A DNA stretch of 64,000 nt from Alphaproteobacteria bacterium (GTDB taxonomy: Bacteria > Pseudomonadota > Alphaproteobacteria > MPNO01 > UBA830), in NCBI GenBank assembly GCA_965243135.1, contig OZ251539.1:1952001-2016000 (forward strand), read 5' to 3'. The notes under the pieces are model-generated. The model was given only the letters and a program-made list of their open reading frames with translations, did no database searches and had not been told where the DNA came from. Positions 1 to 10,578 of the stretch are shown here, piece after piece. A program made the position numbers and the translations under genes. The stretch's first letter is position 1, and each line of letters opens with the position of its first letter.

Positions 1-695
1 ACCGCGTCCAGCTCCGCGTCCGTGCAGCCGCAAATGTCCGAGAACTCCGGCGCCAGCGTGATGTCGTTCAGGTTGTTCAGGCCAGAGAACAGGCCCGCTT
101 TCGAGAATTTGCTCACCCCCGTCAGGAAAACGAAACGGAGCTGCCTGTCGCAGTCCTTGATCATCGCGTAGAAGCCGCGCAGGAAGTCGCGGTTGGCCGC
201 CGCCAGTTCCCGGTTGCCGAGCACGTCCAGAATCGGCTTGTCGTATTCGTCCACCAGAACGACCGCCCGCTGTCCGGTGCGCTCGTGCAGCGTCCTTATC
301 AGGTGCCGGAAACGGACCGCCGCCCCGGCGGGACCCGGTTCGAGGCCGGCCAGCCGCTCCGTCTCCTCCAACTGGTCTTCCACGTTTCCCCGAATGAGAT
401 CCGGGGAGTCGAAATGGCCCCCGCCGAAGCTGATCCGCACGACAGGATGGCGCGCCGACCAGTCCCACTTGTCGTGCACGGCGAGGCCCCGGAACAGCTC
501 CTCGCTTCCTTCGAACAACTCCTGCAGCGTGTCCACCAGCAGGGTCTTGCCGAACCGGCGCGGACGCGACAGGAAATAGTAATCGCCCTCTTCGACGAGG
601 CGGCGCACATGGTCCGTCTTGTCGACGTAGTAGCAGTTCCTCGTCCGGATTTTCCGGAGGGAGGTCATGCCGATCGGAAGCATGCGTTTCGCCAT
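1..695 (-). CDS. AAA-ATPase-like / PD-(D/E)XK nuclease family protein, copy A (3' part outside window)
   Basis: Reverse translation MAKRMLPIGMTSLRKIRTRNCYYVDKT...FLSRPRRFGKTLL (Walker A)...VLVDEYDKP (Walker B); paralogue of the full copies downstream. Confidence 0.85.
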   Translation of the reverse strand, partial: MAKRMLPIGMTSLRKIRTRNCYYVDKTDHVRRLVEEGDYYFLSRPRRFGKTLLVDTLQELFEGSEELFRGLAVHDKWDWSARHPVVRISFGGGHFDSPDLIRGNVEDQLEETERLAGLEPGPAGAAVRFRHLIRTLHERTGQRAVVLVDEYDKPILDVLGNRELAAANRDFLRGFYAMIKDCDRQLRFVFLTGVSKFSKAGLFSGLNNLNDITLAPEFSDICGCTDAELDA

Positions 696-730
696 CGGAA
701 GAGATTAGGCCGCCGCGCCGGAGCCGTCAA
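696..730 (-). promoter_or_regulatory. sigma70-like promoter, probably leaderless
   Basis: TTGACG-17 bp-TAATCT-6 nt-ATG on the minus strand; same layout at other paralogues. Confidence 0.6.
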
Positions 731-742
731 GAAGTCGGCGGC

Positions 743-796
743 GGGGGTGAGCAGGCCATGAGCGTTTGGTACCGGACATATCGTCTGTTACTGACA
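743..796 (-). mobile_element. Remnant: IS1202-like left end plus left end of the IS110-derived element
   Basis: Minus strand TGTCAGTAACAGACGATATGTCCGGTACC-AAA-CGCTCATGGCCTGCTC matches 33263-33325. Confidence 0.65.
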
Positions 797-1158
797 GCCT
801 AAAAAAGCCGAGCGCGCCCAAGAAATGACGTTAGCCAACCGGTCTCGGACCCTTGAACTCTTGCGGCGGCGGGCCGAGGCGAGCAAGGTTCCGAAATGAG
901 ATCCCTGCGAAGCGCTACACAGACGCTCGGCAATCTCCGTCGCGAGGCGGGCTTCGCAGCGAGTCAAGCGTCCGCCCCCTCGTCCAAGGCCGCCGTGCGG
1001 CGTTCTTCGCAACGGCAGCGCGTTCCCGGATCTCTACGCTGACCCCAAAAGGCGCATTCCCGCTACGCTTCAGGCACCTACCGGTCGGCCGACGCGCGAG
1101 CGGCAAGCGCTGCCGCCGGGCAGCGCAACCGCAAGGCTGGCCGACGCGCGGCGGCGAC

Positions 1159-2370
1159 TCACGCCGCCGCGGCGGCGCGCCTTTCCGGCACCAGCAGGGC
1201 AAAGACCCCGGCGAGTGCGGCAAGCGCGACCGCGATCCACCAAAGTCCGTCGTATCTCGCGGTCAGATCGAAGATCCATCCGCCGAGCAAGACCCCTGTC
1301 GCCGCGCCCAGGGAATGGCCGCCGAACAGCAGCCCGAGCGTAAGGCCCATAACTCGCAAGCCGATATGCGTCGCGACGATATTGGCGATCACCGGGAAGG
1401 TGGCGAAGTTGAGAACGCCGAAGAGGGCCGCGAAGAGAAACAGGACGGAGATGTCGGCCGCGACGAACAGCAGCACGACGAAGGCCAGAGCGCGGCCGAA
1501 GAACATGCTCGCCAGCAGTCGCGGGCGATGGACATGGTCCGCCATCCACGAAAACAGGACGACGCCGGCGAGATTGCCGATCCCGTGAACCCCGTAGGCG
1601 GCGGAGCCCTCGACGAGGGTGAAGCCGCAGGTCAGGGCGTAGGGAATGAAGTACACGTCGATTATCCCGGCCGTCGTGAAGCCGCACAGCGCGAAGGCGG
1701 CGAGCAGCAGCAGAAAGGTCCGTTCCCGAAACAGGGACTTCAGGCGGTCGGACAGGGAACCGTCGCCTGCCGCCGCGGCGGCGGGCGGCGGCGGGTTTTC
1801 CGGCGGCGGCCTGAAACGAAGGACGACCAGCAGGGAGAGCGCCGCCATCGCGGCGCCCAGGATCAGGTAAGAAGTCCGCCAGCCGAGCGACGCGATCATG
1901 ACGCCCAGAAGCGACAGGACCGGAAGCTGTCCTCCGGACGCGCCCGAAACGGCGAGGCCGACCGCCAGTCCGCGCCCGCGAACGAAGTAGCGGGAAACCG
2001 CGGCCGTGACCAGCGGCAGCGAGACGGCCGCCCAGCCGGCTCCGCCCACGAGTCCGAACAGAAGGTAGTAGTGAAGCGGTTCCGCGGCGAAGGCGGTGCC
2101 GCCGATGCCGGCAGCGAGGGCGATCAGCCCCGCGGCGAATATCGGCTGCGCTCCGTAGCGGTCCATCAGGTTGCCCGCCACCGGCGACCCGACGGCCATC
2201 ATGACCAGAACCAGGGAGGCGCCCGCCGACGATTGCGCTCCCGTCCACCCGAGTTCCGACTGCCAGAACGGGAGAACCATGCTCACGGACGACCGCGCGC
2301 CGAAAGTGAAGGCCAGCGCGACGAAGCAGGTCGCGACGACGATCCAGCCGGTGCGCGTCTGGCCGCTCAC
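1159..2370 (-). CDS. MFS transporter
   Basis: About 12 hydrophobic segments, GNLMDRYG motif A, RGRGLAVGL; start uncertain (GTG 2370, ORF open to 2469). Confidence 0.85.
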   Translation of the reverse strand: MSGQTRTGWIVVATCFVALAFTFGARSSVSMVLPFWQSELGWTGAQSSAGASLVLVMMAVGSPVAGNLMDRYGAQPIFAAGLIALAAGIGGTAFAAEPLHYYLLFGLVGGAGWAAVSLPLVTAAVSRYFVRGRGLAVGLAVSGASGGQLPVLSLLGVMIASLGWRTSYLILGAAMAALSLLVVLRFRPPPENPPPPAAAAAGDGSLSDRLKSLFRERTFLLLLAAFALCGFTTAGIIDVYFIPYALTCGFTLVEGSAAYGVHGIGNLAGVVLFSWMADHVHRPRLLASMFFGRALAFVVLLFVAADISVLFLFAALFGVLNFATFPVIANIVATHIGLRVMGLTLGLLFGGHSLGAATGVLLGGWIFDLTARYDGLWWIAVALAALAGVFALLVPERRAAAAA

Positions 2371-2479
2371 CGGAGTCGCGCTCCCGCGCCGCGCCGCCCG
2401 GCGAAACGCCGAAAACCCGCCCCGGCGCCGGCCGCGAAACGGCGCGCCGCCGAAAAGGGACGGCCGCAAAAGAGCCGCG

Positions 2480-2971
2480 TCACAGGAAATCGCGCAGCAT
2501 GGCGATCAGCGGGCGGTCGGCGGGCGGCATGGGGTAGGCGCCGAGGCGCGCCGGCTTCACCCACGCAACCTGCTGTCCTTCCATAGGGTTCACGCGGCCT
2601 CCCCATTTCCGGCAGACGTAAAGCGGCATCAGCAGATGAAAATCGTCGTAGCGGTGAGACGCGAAGGCGAACGGCGAAAGGCAGCTCTCCTCGACGTCGA
2701 CGTCGAGTTCCTCCCGAAGCTCCCGGATCAGCGCCCGTTCCGGCGTCTCCCCGCCGCCGATCTTGCCGCCGGGGAATTCCCACAATCCCGCCATGGACTT
2801 GCCCTCCGGCCGCCGCGCGATCAGAACGCGCCCGTCGACATCGAGGAGGGCCGCCGCGACGACGAGAACGACCGGTTCTCCCGCCCCGCGGCGCGGCGCG
2901 GAACCCGGAGGCGCGCCCGGCCCGCGAACGCCGGGCGGAGCGCTTCGCGCTTCAGGACCGGTAATCGGCAT
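2480..2971 (-). CDS. mutT: NUDIX 8-oxo-dGTP diphosphatase
   Basis: GLWEFPGGK...ETPERALIRELREELD Nudix box; overlaps the argJ 3' end. Confidence 0.9.
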   Translation of the reverse strand: MPITGPEARSAPPGVRGPGAPPGSAPRRGAGEPVVLVVAAALLDVDGRVLIARRPEGKSMAGLWEFPGGKIGGGETPERALIRELREELDVDVEESCLSPFAFASHRYDDFHLLMPLYVCRKWGGRVNPMEGQQVAWVKPARLGAYPMPPADRPLIAMLRDFL

Positions 2972-4181
2972 TGATGGAGATATAGTCGTGGGTCAGGTCG
3001 CAGGTCCATACGGTGGCGCGGCCGCCGCCGATGCCGAGGTCGACCTCGACGTCGATCTCCTCGCCCTTCATGTGGGCGGCGACCGGCGCTTCGTCGTAAC
3101 CCGGAACCGCCCTCCCCTTGTCGGCGACCGGAACGCCGCCGATGCTGATGCGCAAACGGTCGCGGTCGGCTTCCTCTCCCGCCTTGCCCACCGCCATGAC
3201 GATCCGCCCCCAATTGGCGTCTTCTCCGGCGATCGCCGTCTTCACCAGCGGGGAATTGGCGATCGAGAAGGCGACGTTGCGCGCCGCCCGGGGCGACGCC
3301 GCGCCGGTCACGGTGACGGCGACGAACTTGCTCGCGCCTTCGCCGTCGCGAACGATCTGGTGCGCGAGATCGAGGAGGATTTCGTCGAGGGCCGAGCGGA
3401 ATTGCCGCAGGCGCGGATCCGAGGCGTCGACGACCGGGTCGTGCCCGGCCGCGCCGGTCGCGAACAGCAGAACCGTGTCGCTGGTCGAGGTGTCTCCGTC
3501 GACGGTGATCGAATTGAAGGACTTGTCGGCGCTCCGGGACAGAAGCCGCCGGAGCGCGGCGGCGCCGACCGCCGCGTCCGTGAAGACGAAGGCCAGCATC
3601 GTCGCCATGTCGGGCGCGATCATGCCGGATCCCTTGGCGATGCCGCAGACGACGACTTCGGCGTCTCCGACGCGCGTCTTTCTCCACGACCCCTTCGGAA
3701 AGGTGTCGGTGGTCATGATGGCCTCCGCGGCCTCTTTCCAGCCGTGCGGGGCCAGGGAGTTCCGCAGGCTTTCCAGCGAGTCCCGGATGCGCTCGTCGGG
3801 AAGGGGCTCGCCGATCACGCCGGTCGAGGCGACGAGCACGTGGGATCCGGAGCACGACAGCACGTCCGCCGCCTTCTCGACGGTGCGTTCGACCGACTTG
3901 CGGCCCTCGAGTCCGGTGAAGGCGTTGGCGTTTCCGGCGTTCACGATCAGCGCCCGGGCCTCGCCGGCTTCGAGCGCCTGCCGGCACCAGTCGACCGGCG
4001 CGGCCGCCGTCCGGGATTTGGTCAACACGCCGGCCGCCCTGGTGCCGGGCGCGAGCGACGCGAGAAACACGTCCAGCCGTCCGGCGTAGCGCAGGCCGCA
4101 ACAGGCGGCCGCGAGCGAAACGCCCGGAACGGGCGGCATGTCCGGAAAGCCGCCGGGGGCGAGCGGCGAGAGCTTCTTCAT
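2952..4181 (-). CDS. argJ: Bifunctional ornithine acetyltransferase / N-acetylglutamate synthase
   Basis: VNAGNANAFTG, STGVIG, IMTTDTFPK, KGSGMIAPDMATML, DGDTSTSD, INADYRS; start MKKLSPLAP at 4181. Confidence 0.95.
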   Translation of the reverse strand: MKKLSPLAPGGFPDMPPVPGVSLAAACCGLRYAGRLDVFLASLAPGTRAAGVLTKSRTAAAPVDWCRQALEAGEARALIVNAGNANAFTGLEGRKSVERTVEKAADVLSCSGSHVLVASTGVIGEPLPDERIRDSLESLRNSLAPHGWKEAAEAIMTTDTFPKGSWRKTRVGDAEVVVCGIAKGSGMIAPDMATMLAFVFTDAAVGAAALRRLLSRSADKSFNSITVDGDTSTSDTVLLFATGAAGHDPVVDASDPRLRQFRSALDEILLDLAHQIVRDGEGASKFVAVTVTGAASPRAARNVAFSIANSPLVKTAIAGEDANWGRIVMAVGKAGEEADRDRLRISIGGVPVADKGRAVPGYDEAPVAAHMKGEEIDVEVDLGIGGGRATVWTCDLTHDYISINADYRS

Positions 4182-4551
4182 GCGCCTGTCCGTTCTCTCA
4201 AGCGGCCCGCAACGGCCGTATCGTTCATGCGCACCCGTCCGGCGTAACGCAGGCCGCAACAGGCGGCCGCGAGCGAAACGCCGGGAACGGGAGGCATGTC
4301 CGGAAAGCCGCCGGGGGCGAGCGGCGAGAGCTTCTTCATGCGCCTGTCGACTCTCTCAAGCGGCCCGCAACGGCCGTATCGTTCATGCGCACCCGTCCGG
4401 CGTAACGCAGGCCGCAACAGGCGGCCGCGAGCGAAACGCCGGGAACGGGAGGCATGTCCGGAAAGCCGCCGGGGGCGAGCGGCGAGAGCTTCTTCATGCG
4501 CCTGTGGACTCTCTCAAGCGGCTCGTAACGGCCGTATTGTTTATGCGCACC
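4081..4551. repeat. 3 x 158-bp tandem repeat covering the argJ 5' end and upstream region
   Basis: Units start at 4081, 4239 and 4397 (ccggcgta...gcgcacc), with a few substitutions. Confidence 0.9.
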
Positions 4552-4601
4552 GAAACTAGGTTACTGCAACCTCCGCAAAAACAAATCATTCCATAGTGGC
4601 A

Positions 4602-5447
4602 TTATTGCGCGGTGCCGGTCGGCGCAGGGCGCAAACGCTGAAACAAGCCGTCGGGCTCGTAGCGCCTGATGCGGGCGCTTTCGATCAGCCTTTCGGCGAG
4701 ATCATCCGCGATTTCCCGCGACATGTTCTCGAACAACTCCTCGCGCGCCTCCTCGAAAGAGGGCGGCTTGAGTCGCCGCCTGTCCTCCAGCTTGATCACG
4801 TGCCAGCCGAAGGGAGACTGGACCGGCGCCTTCGTCGTCTCGCCTTTTCCGAGCGCGAACGCCGCCGCTTCGAACGAAGGCGCCATCTGGCCGCGTCCGA
4901 AGTAGCCCAGATCGCCGCCCTTGTCCCTGGACGGGCCGATCGAGTTCTCGGCCGCGAGTTTCGCGAAATCGGCGCCCTCTTCGAGGCTCTGGATGATCCG
5001 GGCGGCTTCCGCCTCCGATCCGACGAGGACGTGGCGGACGCGAATCTCTTCCGCGGCTTGCTCGACCGTCTTCTTGTAGCGGGCCCGCAGGGCTTCTTCG
5101 TCGATGCGGGCGGAGACTTCCTTTTCGAGGAGCATCTCGCCGAGCAGCCGGTCCGTCAGCACGGCCAGGCGCTGTCTGTATTCGACGCTTGCGTTAAGCC
5201 CTTGTGCCCGCGCCCGGCGCACGAAGAGCTTCGTCCGGATCAGCCGGGCGAGGAGGGATTGATAGACCTCCTCCAGCGGCAGATGCCGGTATCGTTCGGG
5301 GAGCAGCACCCGGGCGGCCTTGAGGTCCGACAGACGCAACTGGTGGCCGTTCACCTCGGCGACGACCGGGTCTCCGATCTGCGCCTGGGCCGGCAGGGCC
5401 AGGAACAGCGCCGCGGCGACAGCGACGACGGCGCGGGGAGGTTTCAA
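4602..5447 (-). CDS. PpiC/parvulin-type peptidylprolyl isomerase with signal peptide
   Basis: VRHVLV...GADFAKLAAENSIGPS...GGDLGYF...PVQSPFGWHVIK; AQA cleavage-like site. Confidence 0.9.
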   Translation of the reverse strand: MKPPRAVVAVAAALFLALPAQAQIGDPVVAEVNGHQLRLSDLKAARVLLPERYRHLPLEEVYQSLLARLIRTKLFVRRARAQGLNASVEYRQRLAVLTDRLLGEMLLEKEVSARIDEEALRARYKKTVEQAAEEIRVRHVLVGSEAEAARIIQSLEEGADFAKLAAENSIGPSRDKGGDLGYFGRGQMAPSFEAAAFALGKGETTKAPVQSPFGWHVIKLEDRRRLKPPSFEEAREELFENMSREIADDLAERLIESARIRRYEPDGLFQRLRPAPTGTAQ

Positions 5448-5510
5448 TCGGGGATCCTCCGGTTTCGGGGGCGGCGGGGAGGCGGGCCGGGGCGGCCCGC
5501 CTCCGCGGTT

Positions 5511-8500
5511 TCAGAAGCGCACGGCGAAGTTGACGCCGCCGTCGAACGCGCCGTTGCCGCTGCCGCGCGCCGCGTATCCGGCGGCGGCCCGCAGCGCGTA
5601 GCGCCCGTCATCCCAACTGCGCGAGCCGCCGATCCCGACGCGGGCTCCGGTCTTCCGCGCCTCGGTCGTCTTCAGCGTCGCGTCCGAGATCGTCGCCGTC
5701 CGCTCGTCCGAGAACTCGTGCGTCGCCTCGACCGAGCCGAACAGCTGCAGGCCGTCCTCCATCAGCGCCTCGACCCGCGCGCCGACGCGGCCCATGAGGC
5801 TCCGCGCGTCGTCCACCGACACCTGCTGCCGCGCCTCTCCGTTGATCGTTTCCGCGAAGTCGAGCGACACTTCCGACCACGCCAGGCCGACAGCGGGCGT
5901 CACCGTCAACCCGTCGCCCACGTCCGTCCGCCGGCCGACCTCGAGGCTCATGGCGAAGCCCCGGCCGTCCGCGCCGTCCGTCAGCACCCCCATCGTCCCG
6001 GAGGTGAGCTTGACGTCGTACCAGGTCGCCATCGCCTGCCCGTCCACGTGGAAGCCGTCGCCGAGGAACGCCGTGCCGTGCACGCCCGCGCCGACACCCG
6101 ACAGCTCCATCTCGCCGCCGGAACCCGACATCTCCGCCGAACCCTGCAGCCCGCGCAACGACACGCCGAACCGCCCGTCGCCGTCCATCGCGAGGTCCAT
6201 CCCCGCCTGCACGCCGTACCGGCGGTAGTCGAAGGCCGCGTTCGGCGAATTCTTCGCCTTCCACTCGCCGCCCGCGCCGTCGATCCGCGCCCAGCCGCCG
6301 TTGCCGTCACGCGCCGCCGACATGCGGTCGCCGTAGGTCGGCAACCCGTTCATCGCCAGCAGCGCCGACGGCAGCGCCTCGTAGAGGCGGCAGCGCTCCA
6401 TCCCGCAATCGGAATCGAAGGAAAGGCCCGGGCCGTCGCCGCGGTCAGGCATCATGTCGCCGTCGCCGTCGCCATCGCCATTCGGCAGGTCTTTCGTCGG
6501 CATCGCGCATTCGCCGCTCTCGTCAAGCTCCCGCCCCCTCGCGCATGCTTCCAAGTCTGCGAACGAGTCATTCAGCCTAGGGTTCGCCATGCCGCCGCCG
6601 TCAGGCACGGGCGCGGACAGATAGTAGCCGGTCTCGCGACCGCTGTCCCGATCCGTCTCGGCGACCCGGACAGCGACTCCTTGCGCGCCGCCAGGTTCGC
6701 TGACGACGTCGCCCCCGACGGCGCCCAGCCTCTCCGCCGCGTCGTCGGTGCCCTCCCGCGTGAGGCGGCCTTCGCTGTCGGCGAGGAGGGGATCCTGGCG
6801 CACGGTCACCATAGTCTCGCCATTGGCTCTGAGCGAAAGCGTCGCGCCGTTGGCCGCTATCCGGCCCTTCGGACCGACGGTGACGCTGCCGCCGCCGTCG
6901 AGATCGACCGCCGCCCGCGCGCCCGCGCCGCCCCTGACCTCGCCGTCGATGCGGATCTCCGCCCGGCCGGGATCGTTGACCAGGATCGCCCGGCCCGAAG
7001 ACCCGGCGTGCACCTTGCCCATCTCGCCGACCGTCAGCGTGCCGCCGCCCACGAGATGCACGGCCGCGTCCGTGCCGCCCGTCACCATGCCGTTCACGGT
7101 GACGGTCTGCTTCAGGATGCGCTCGGCGCCCGTTCCCGTGGCGCCCGCGTTGGCGACGTAGATGCCGGCCCTGTCGCCCTCAACGGTCGCGTCCGCGGCC
7201 ACGGTGACGTCGATGGCGCCGTTGTTGACGTGATGCGTCGCGTAGTAGGCGCGAATGCCGTCGCCGCGCGAGGCGATGGAGCCGCCGTTCATGGCGACGC
7301 GGATGCCGCCCGGGTTGTAGCGGCCGATCAGCGCCGTCACCTTGCTCCAATAGTCCTCGTCATCGGCTTCGTCGTCCGTGAAGCCCGCCGCCGTGAGCGC
7401 GTCCGCGAGGTCGTCCGCGTCGGCGCCCGTCGACAGCGCCGCCAGCACGTCCTTCTCCCCCTCCGAGAGGCCCAGCGCCAGGATGTTCCGCAGCAGGGCT
7501 CTCGTGGGCGCGTCGTTCGTCTGGAGATACGTCACGATCTCCTCGTCCGTCACGCCGGCCAGGCTCGTCGCGGTCGAGTCGATGGCCTCGAACACCGACG
7601 TCGCGATGTCGAACCGAGCGTCCCCCAGCACCGCCCTGAACTGCGCGACGTAGGCGTTGTTCGCGGCGGTGGCGCCCGTCGGCACGGCCGTCATTTGCGC
7701 CGTATTGTCCGCGAACGCGCCCGGGTCGTCGCCCAGCGCCACTTCCCTGATCACGTCGCGCCGGGACATGACCTGGGCCTCGACCCCCGCCGCCCCGCCG
7801 TAGACGCCCTCGGTGGCGTCGTCGCCCTCCAGGGTCTGCATGGAGAAGAGCATCGTGTTGGCGAACGTCCCGGAGAACCTGCCTGCGTCGCTCTGGGAGA
7901 CCACGTCCTTCTCCGCGTCCGTCACCCCATGCGAGAACGAGCCCGTCCACGTGACGTCGATCACGTCGGACTTCCCGTCGTCCCGCGTCGCGACCGTGTA
8001 GTCGGGCGCGTCGCTGAAGACGCTGTGGCCTCCCACCCTGGCGTAGAGGCCCGTGCGGCCCATGATCGCGCCGCCCTGGGAGATCTTCACCTGGTTGTCG
8101 GGCTCCAAGTCTTCGAACAGCGTGGCGTAGACGGCGTCCCCCGACTCGGAGATGAGGGTGGCGTCGGCACCGAAGGTATGGAGGACGTCGCCCGTGCCTC
8201 TGTTGAAGGCCTGGATGGCGTTGCCGGGGGAGCGCAGCGTCCCGCCCATGACGTCGACCGTCACGTCGCTCGAATCGCCGGACTTGTTCCGGGCGGAGAC
8301 GGCGCTGTACACCGTGCTCCGCACGGTTCCGCCGGTGTTGGTGACGGTGACGGCACCCTCGCCGTTCCTGGTGACGACGATGGGGCGCTGCGACGTGATG
8401 TCGCCGCCGTTGGAGATCGTGACGTCGCCCGTGTGGTCGTCGGTGTCCGTCACCCAGATGCCGTAGTCGTCCCCGAAGATCGAGCCGCCGGTGGTCGTGA

Positions 8501-10280
8501 TGGTGACGTCGCCCCCGGCCGCGCCCCTCTGCTTCTCGACCCGGATGCCCTTCTCGTGCATGTCGTCCGCCGTGCCGATGTTGCCGCTGTTGCGTACCGT
8601 GACGTCCCCCGTGCCGAGATCCTCGACCAGGATGCCGTCCCAGTCCGCCGCCGCCGTCTTCTTGATGTCGCCGCTGTTGGTGACCGAGATGGCCCCGGTC
8701 CCGGTGGGCGCGCTGCGCCGGACGAAGAGGCCGGTCTTCGGGGTGGTGATCGTTCCCGCGTTGTCGATGGTGATGTCGCCCACCCTGTTCGCCGACGGAA
8801 TGTTGGCGAAGATGCCGTGCTGGGCCGTGGAGGTCAGCGTGACGCCTTCGGAGACTTCGAATATGACGTCGCCGGCCTGGGAGTGCGACGCCTCCAGGAT
8901 CGTGTCGCGCGACTGGATCGATCCGCCCGTGACCATGATCCTGATGTCGCCCGTGTTGTTCGCGGCGACGTCGTCGTTGTCGGCGATGTTCGCTTTGATG
9001 CCGCCGGCGGCGGAGACCACGATGTCGCCGGCCGAATGGGTGATGGAGATGCCGACGGCGCTCCCGGCGATGTTCTTGTTCCTCACGTTGACGTTGATGC
9101 CCAAGCCGGTCGACGTGATGTCGCCGCTGTTGGTCACCGTGGCCACCTTGGTCGCGGGGGCGACGAGGCTTCCCTGTTCGAACAGGAAGATGCCGAACGA
9201 GCTGGCCGCGGTGGCGGTGAGGGCGCCGCTGTTGGTGATCGAGGTGGTGCCCCCCCTGCCTCCGTAATTGAGATAGATCGCGTGGCCCGCCGACGCGACG
9301 GCGGCGGTATTGGTGATCGTGGCGTCGCCCGTGGCGGTGCCGGCGCGATTATTGTAGTTGAGATAGATGCCGTACCCGCCGGTGGCGCCCGAGCCGTAGG
9401 TGATGGCGCCTCTGTTGGTGATCGTGGCGTCGCCATGCCCGCGATCGTAGTCCAGCTCGATGGCGCCCTGGTTCCCCGTTCCGGCGTTCTTCGTGAGGAC
9501 GCCGCTGTTGGTGATCGTGGCGTCGCCGGTGGTGGTCGACATGGTGTTGCCGCCGCTGCCGGTCGTGTCGCCGGCGAAGTAACGCAACTGGATGACCCGC
9601 GTTCCCGCCGTGATGGCGCCGGTGTTGGTGATGGTCGTGGCGGCAGTGGTGTCGGCGCTGTCTCCCCTGTTGACGTAGATGCCCGCGCTCACCGAATGGA
9701 TCGCGCCATGGTTGGTGAACGTGGCCGCGCCGGTGCCGAGCCATACGTTGGCGCGGATGCCGTGGCTGCGCATCGGGGCGCTCGACGTCCCGATGGTCAC
9801 GCCGGCGTTGACGGTCAGCGTCGTCGTGGACGCGCCCGTGCGCTGCTGGTTGACGTAGATGCCGTTGCCGGCGTCGCCGGTGTCCGTGTTGGTCGCGTGC
9901 CGAGCGATGGCCACCTGGTTGGCGGTGGCGCTGGCGCCGCCGACCGTGAGCGCGAGGCCGCCGGCGGCGGCGCCGTCGCTGTCCAGGGTGATGGCGTTCT
10001 TCCTTTCGTTGCCGGAGCCGGCCGCGGCGGTGACCGCCCACGGCGTCGAGCCGCCCGGCACGACGACCGTGGCGACGTTGTTCGCGCCGGGCGCCGCATT
10101 GACGTACAGGATGCCGCTGCCGAAGGTGCCGCTGCCGCCGCCGTGGGTCGCGGTGCAGGTGGCGGTCTGCGCCGTGCTGGAGATCGTCCCGCACTCGTTG
10201 TCCGCCCGCGCCGCCTCCGGCGCGAGGAGAAGAAGAAAAGGTACCGCCGCGCAGGCGGCGCGCATGACGAAGCGTTTCAT
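5511..10280 (-). CDS. Autotransporter adhesin-like protein 1 (~1589 aa)
   Basis: Signal peptide MKRFVMRAAC...AARA, T/G/N-rich beta-helix repeats (ITNSG.I), C-terminal beta-barrel ending VNFAVRF; GGAG RBS upstream. Confidence 0.85.
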   Translation of the reverse strand: MKRFVMRAACAAVPFLLLLAPEAARADNECGTISSTAQTATCTATHGGGSGTFGSGILYVNAAPGANNVATVVVPGGSTPWAVTAAAGSGNERKNAITLDSDGAAAGGLALTVGGASATANQVAIARHATNTDTGDAGNGIYVNQQRTGASTTTLTVNAGVTIGTSSAPMRSHGIRANVWLGTGAATFTNHGAIHSVSAGIYVNRGDSADTTAATTITNTGAITAGTRVIQLRYFAGDTTGSGGNTMSTTTGDATITNSGVLTKNAGTGNQGAIELDYDRGHGDATITNRGAITYGSGATGGYGIYLNYNNRAGTATGDATITNTAAVASAGHAIYLNYGGRGGTTSITNSGALTATAASSFGIFLFEQGSLVAPATKVATVTNSGDITSTGLGINVNVRNKNIAGSAVGISITHSAGDIVVSAAGGIKANIADNDDVAANNTGDIRIMVTGGSIQSRDTILEASHSQAGDVIFEVSEGVTLTSTAQHGIFANIPSANRVGDITIDNAGTITTPKTGLFVRRSAPTGTGAISVTNSGDIKKTAAADWDGILVEDLGTGDVTVRNSGNIGTADDMHEKGIRVEKQRGAAGGDVTITTTGGSIFGDDYGIWVTDTDDHTGDVTISNGGDITSQRPIVVTRNGEGAVTVTNTGGTVRSTVYSAVSARNKSGDSSDVTVDVMGGTLRSPGNAIQAFNRGTGDVLHTFGADATLISESGDAVYATLFEDLEPDNQVKISQGGAIMGRTGLYARVGGHSVFSDAPDYTVATRDDGKSDVIDVTWTGSFSHGVTDAEKDVVSQSDAGRFSGTFANTMLFSMQTLEGDDATEGVYGGAAGVEAQVMSRRDVIREVALGDDPGAFADNTAQMTAVPTGATAANNAYVAQFRAVLGDARFDIATSVFEAIDSTATSLAGVTDEEIVTYLQTNDAPTRALLRNILALGLSEGEKDVLAALSTGADADDLADALTAAGFTDDEADDEDYWSKVTALIGRYNPGGIRVAMNGGSIASRGDGIRAYYATHHVNNGAIDVTVAADATVEGDRAGIYVANAGATGTGAERILKQTVTVNGMVTGGTDAAVHLVGGGTLTVGEMGKVHAGSSGRAILVNDPGRAEIRIDGEVRGGAGARAAVDLDGGGSVTVGPKGRIAANGATLSLRANGETMVTVRQDPLLADSEGRLTREGTDDAAERLGAVGGDVVSEPGGAQGVAVRVAETDRDSGRETGYYLSAPVPDGGGMANPRLNDSFADLEACARGRELDESGECAMPTKDLPNGDGDGDGDMMPDRGDGPGLSFDSDCGMERCRLYEALPSALLAMNGLPTYGDRMSAARDGNGGWARIDGAGGEWKAKNSPNAAFDYRRYGVQAGMDLAMDGDGRFGVSLRGLQGSAEMSGSGGEMELSGVGAGVHGTAFLGDGFHVDGQAMATWYDVKLTSGTMGVLTDGADGRGFAMSLEVGRRTDVGDGLTVTPAVGLAWSEVSLDFAETINGEARQQVSVDDARSLMGRVGARVEALMEDGLQLFGSVEATHEFSDERTATISDATLKTTEARKTGARVGIGGSRSWDDGRYALRAAAGYAARGSGNGAFDGGVNFAVRF

Positions 10281-10578
10281 GGCAAAAACTCCCTGATTCG
10301 CCCCCGCCCCCAAGCGCGAAACGCAGGGAAGGCAAGGCAACTAGGCATGTTGACGGGCCGCAACATACACGCGTTCCCATGCCCGCGCAAGCCCAAATTT
10401 CCGACGCGCTTCCCGCCGCCGCCCCGAACGGATCCAGCGCTCCGCAGCGCCGCCTCGTGTGCGCCGAAAACCGCCCCCGCCCGGCCGCGAAAGCCGAACG
10501 CGACACGCCGCCGTCAACGCGGCGGGCGCGAAGGCCGCCGGACTGCGGGCCGGGGATTTCCGGCCCGCCGCGGCGGTT

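Noticed and set aside
4081-4551. CRISPR array
   Set aside because: Units are contiguous 158-bp copies without unique spacers; no cas genes
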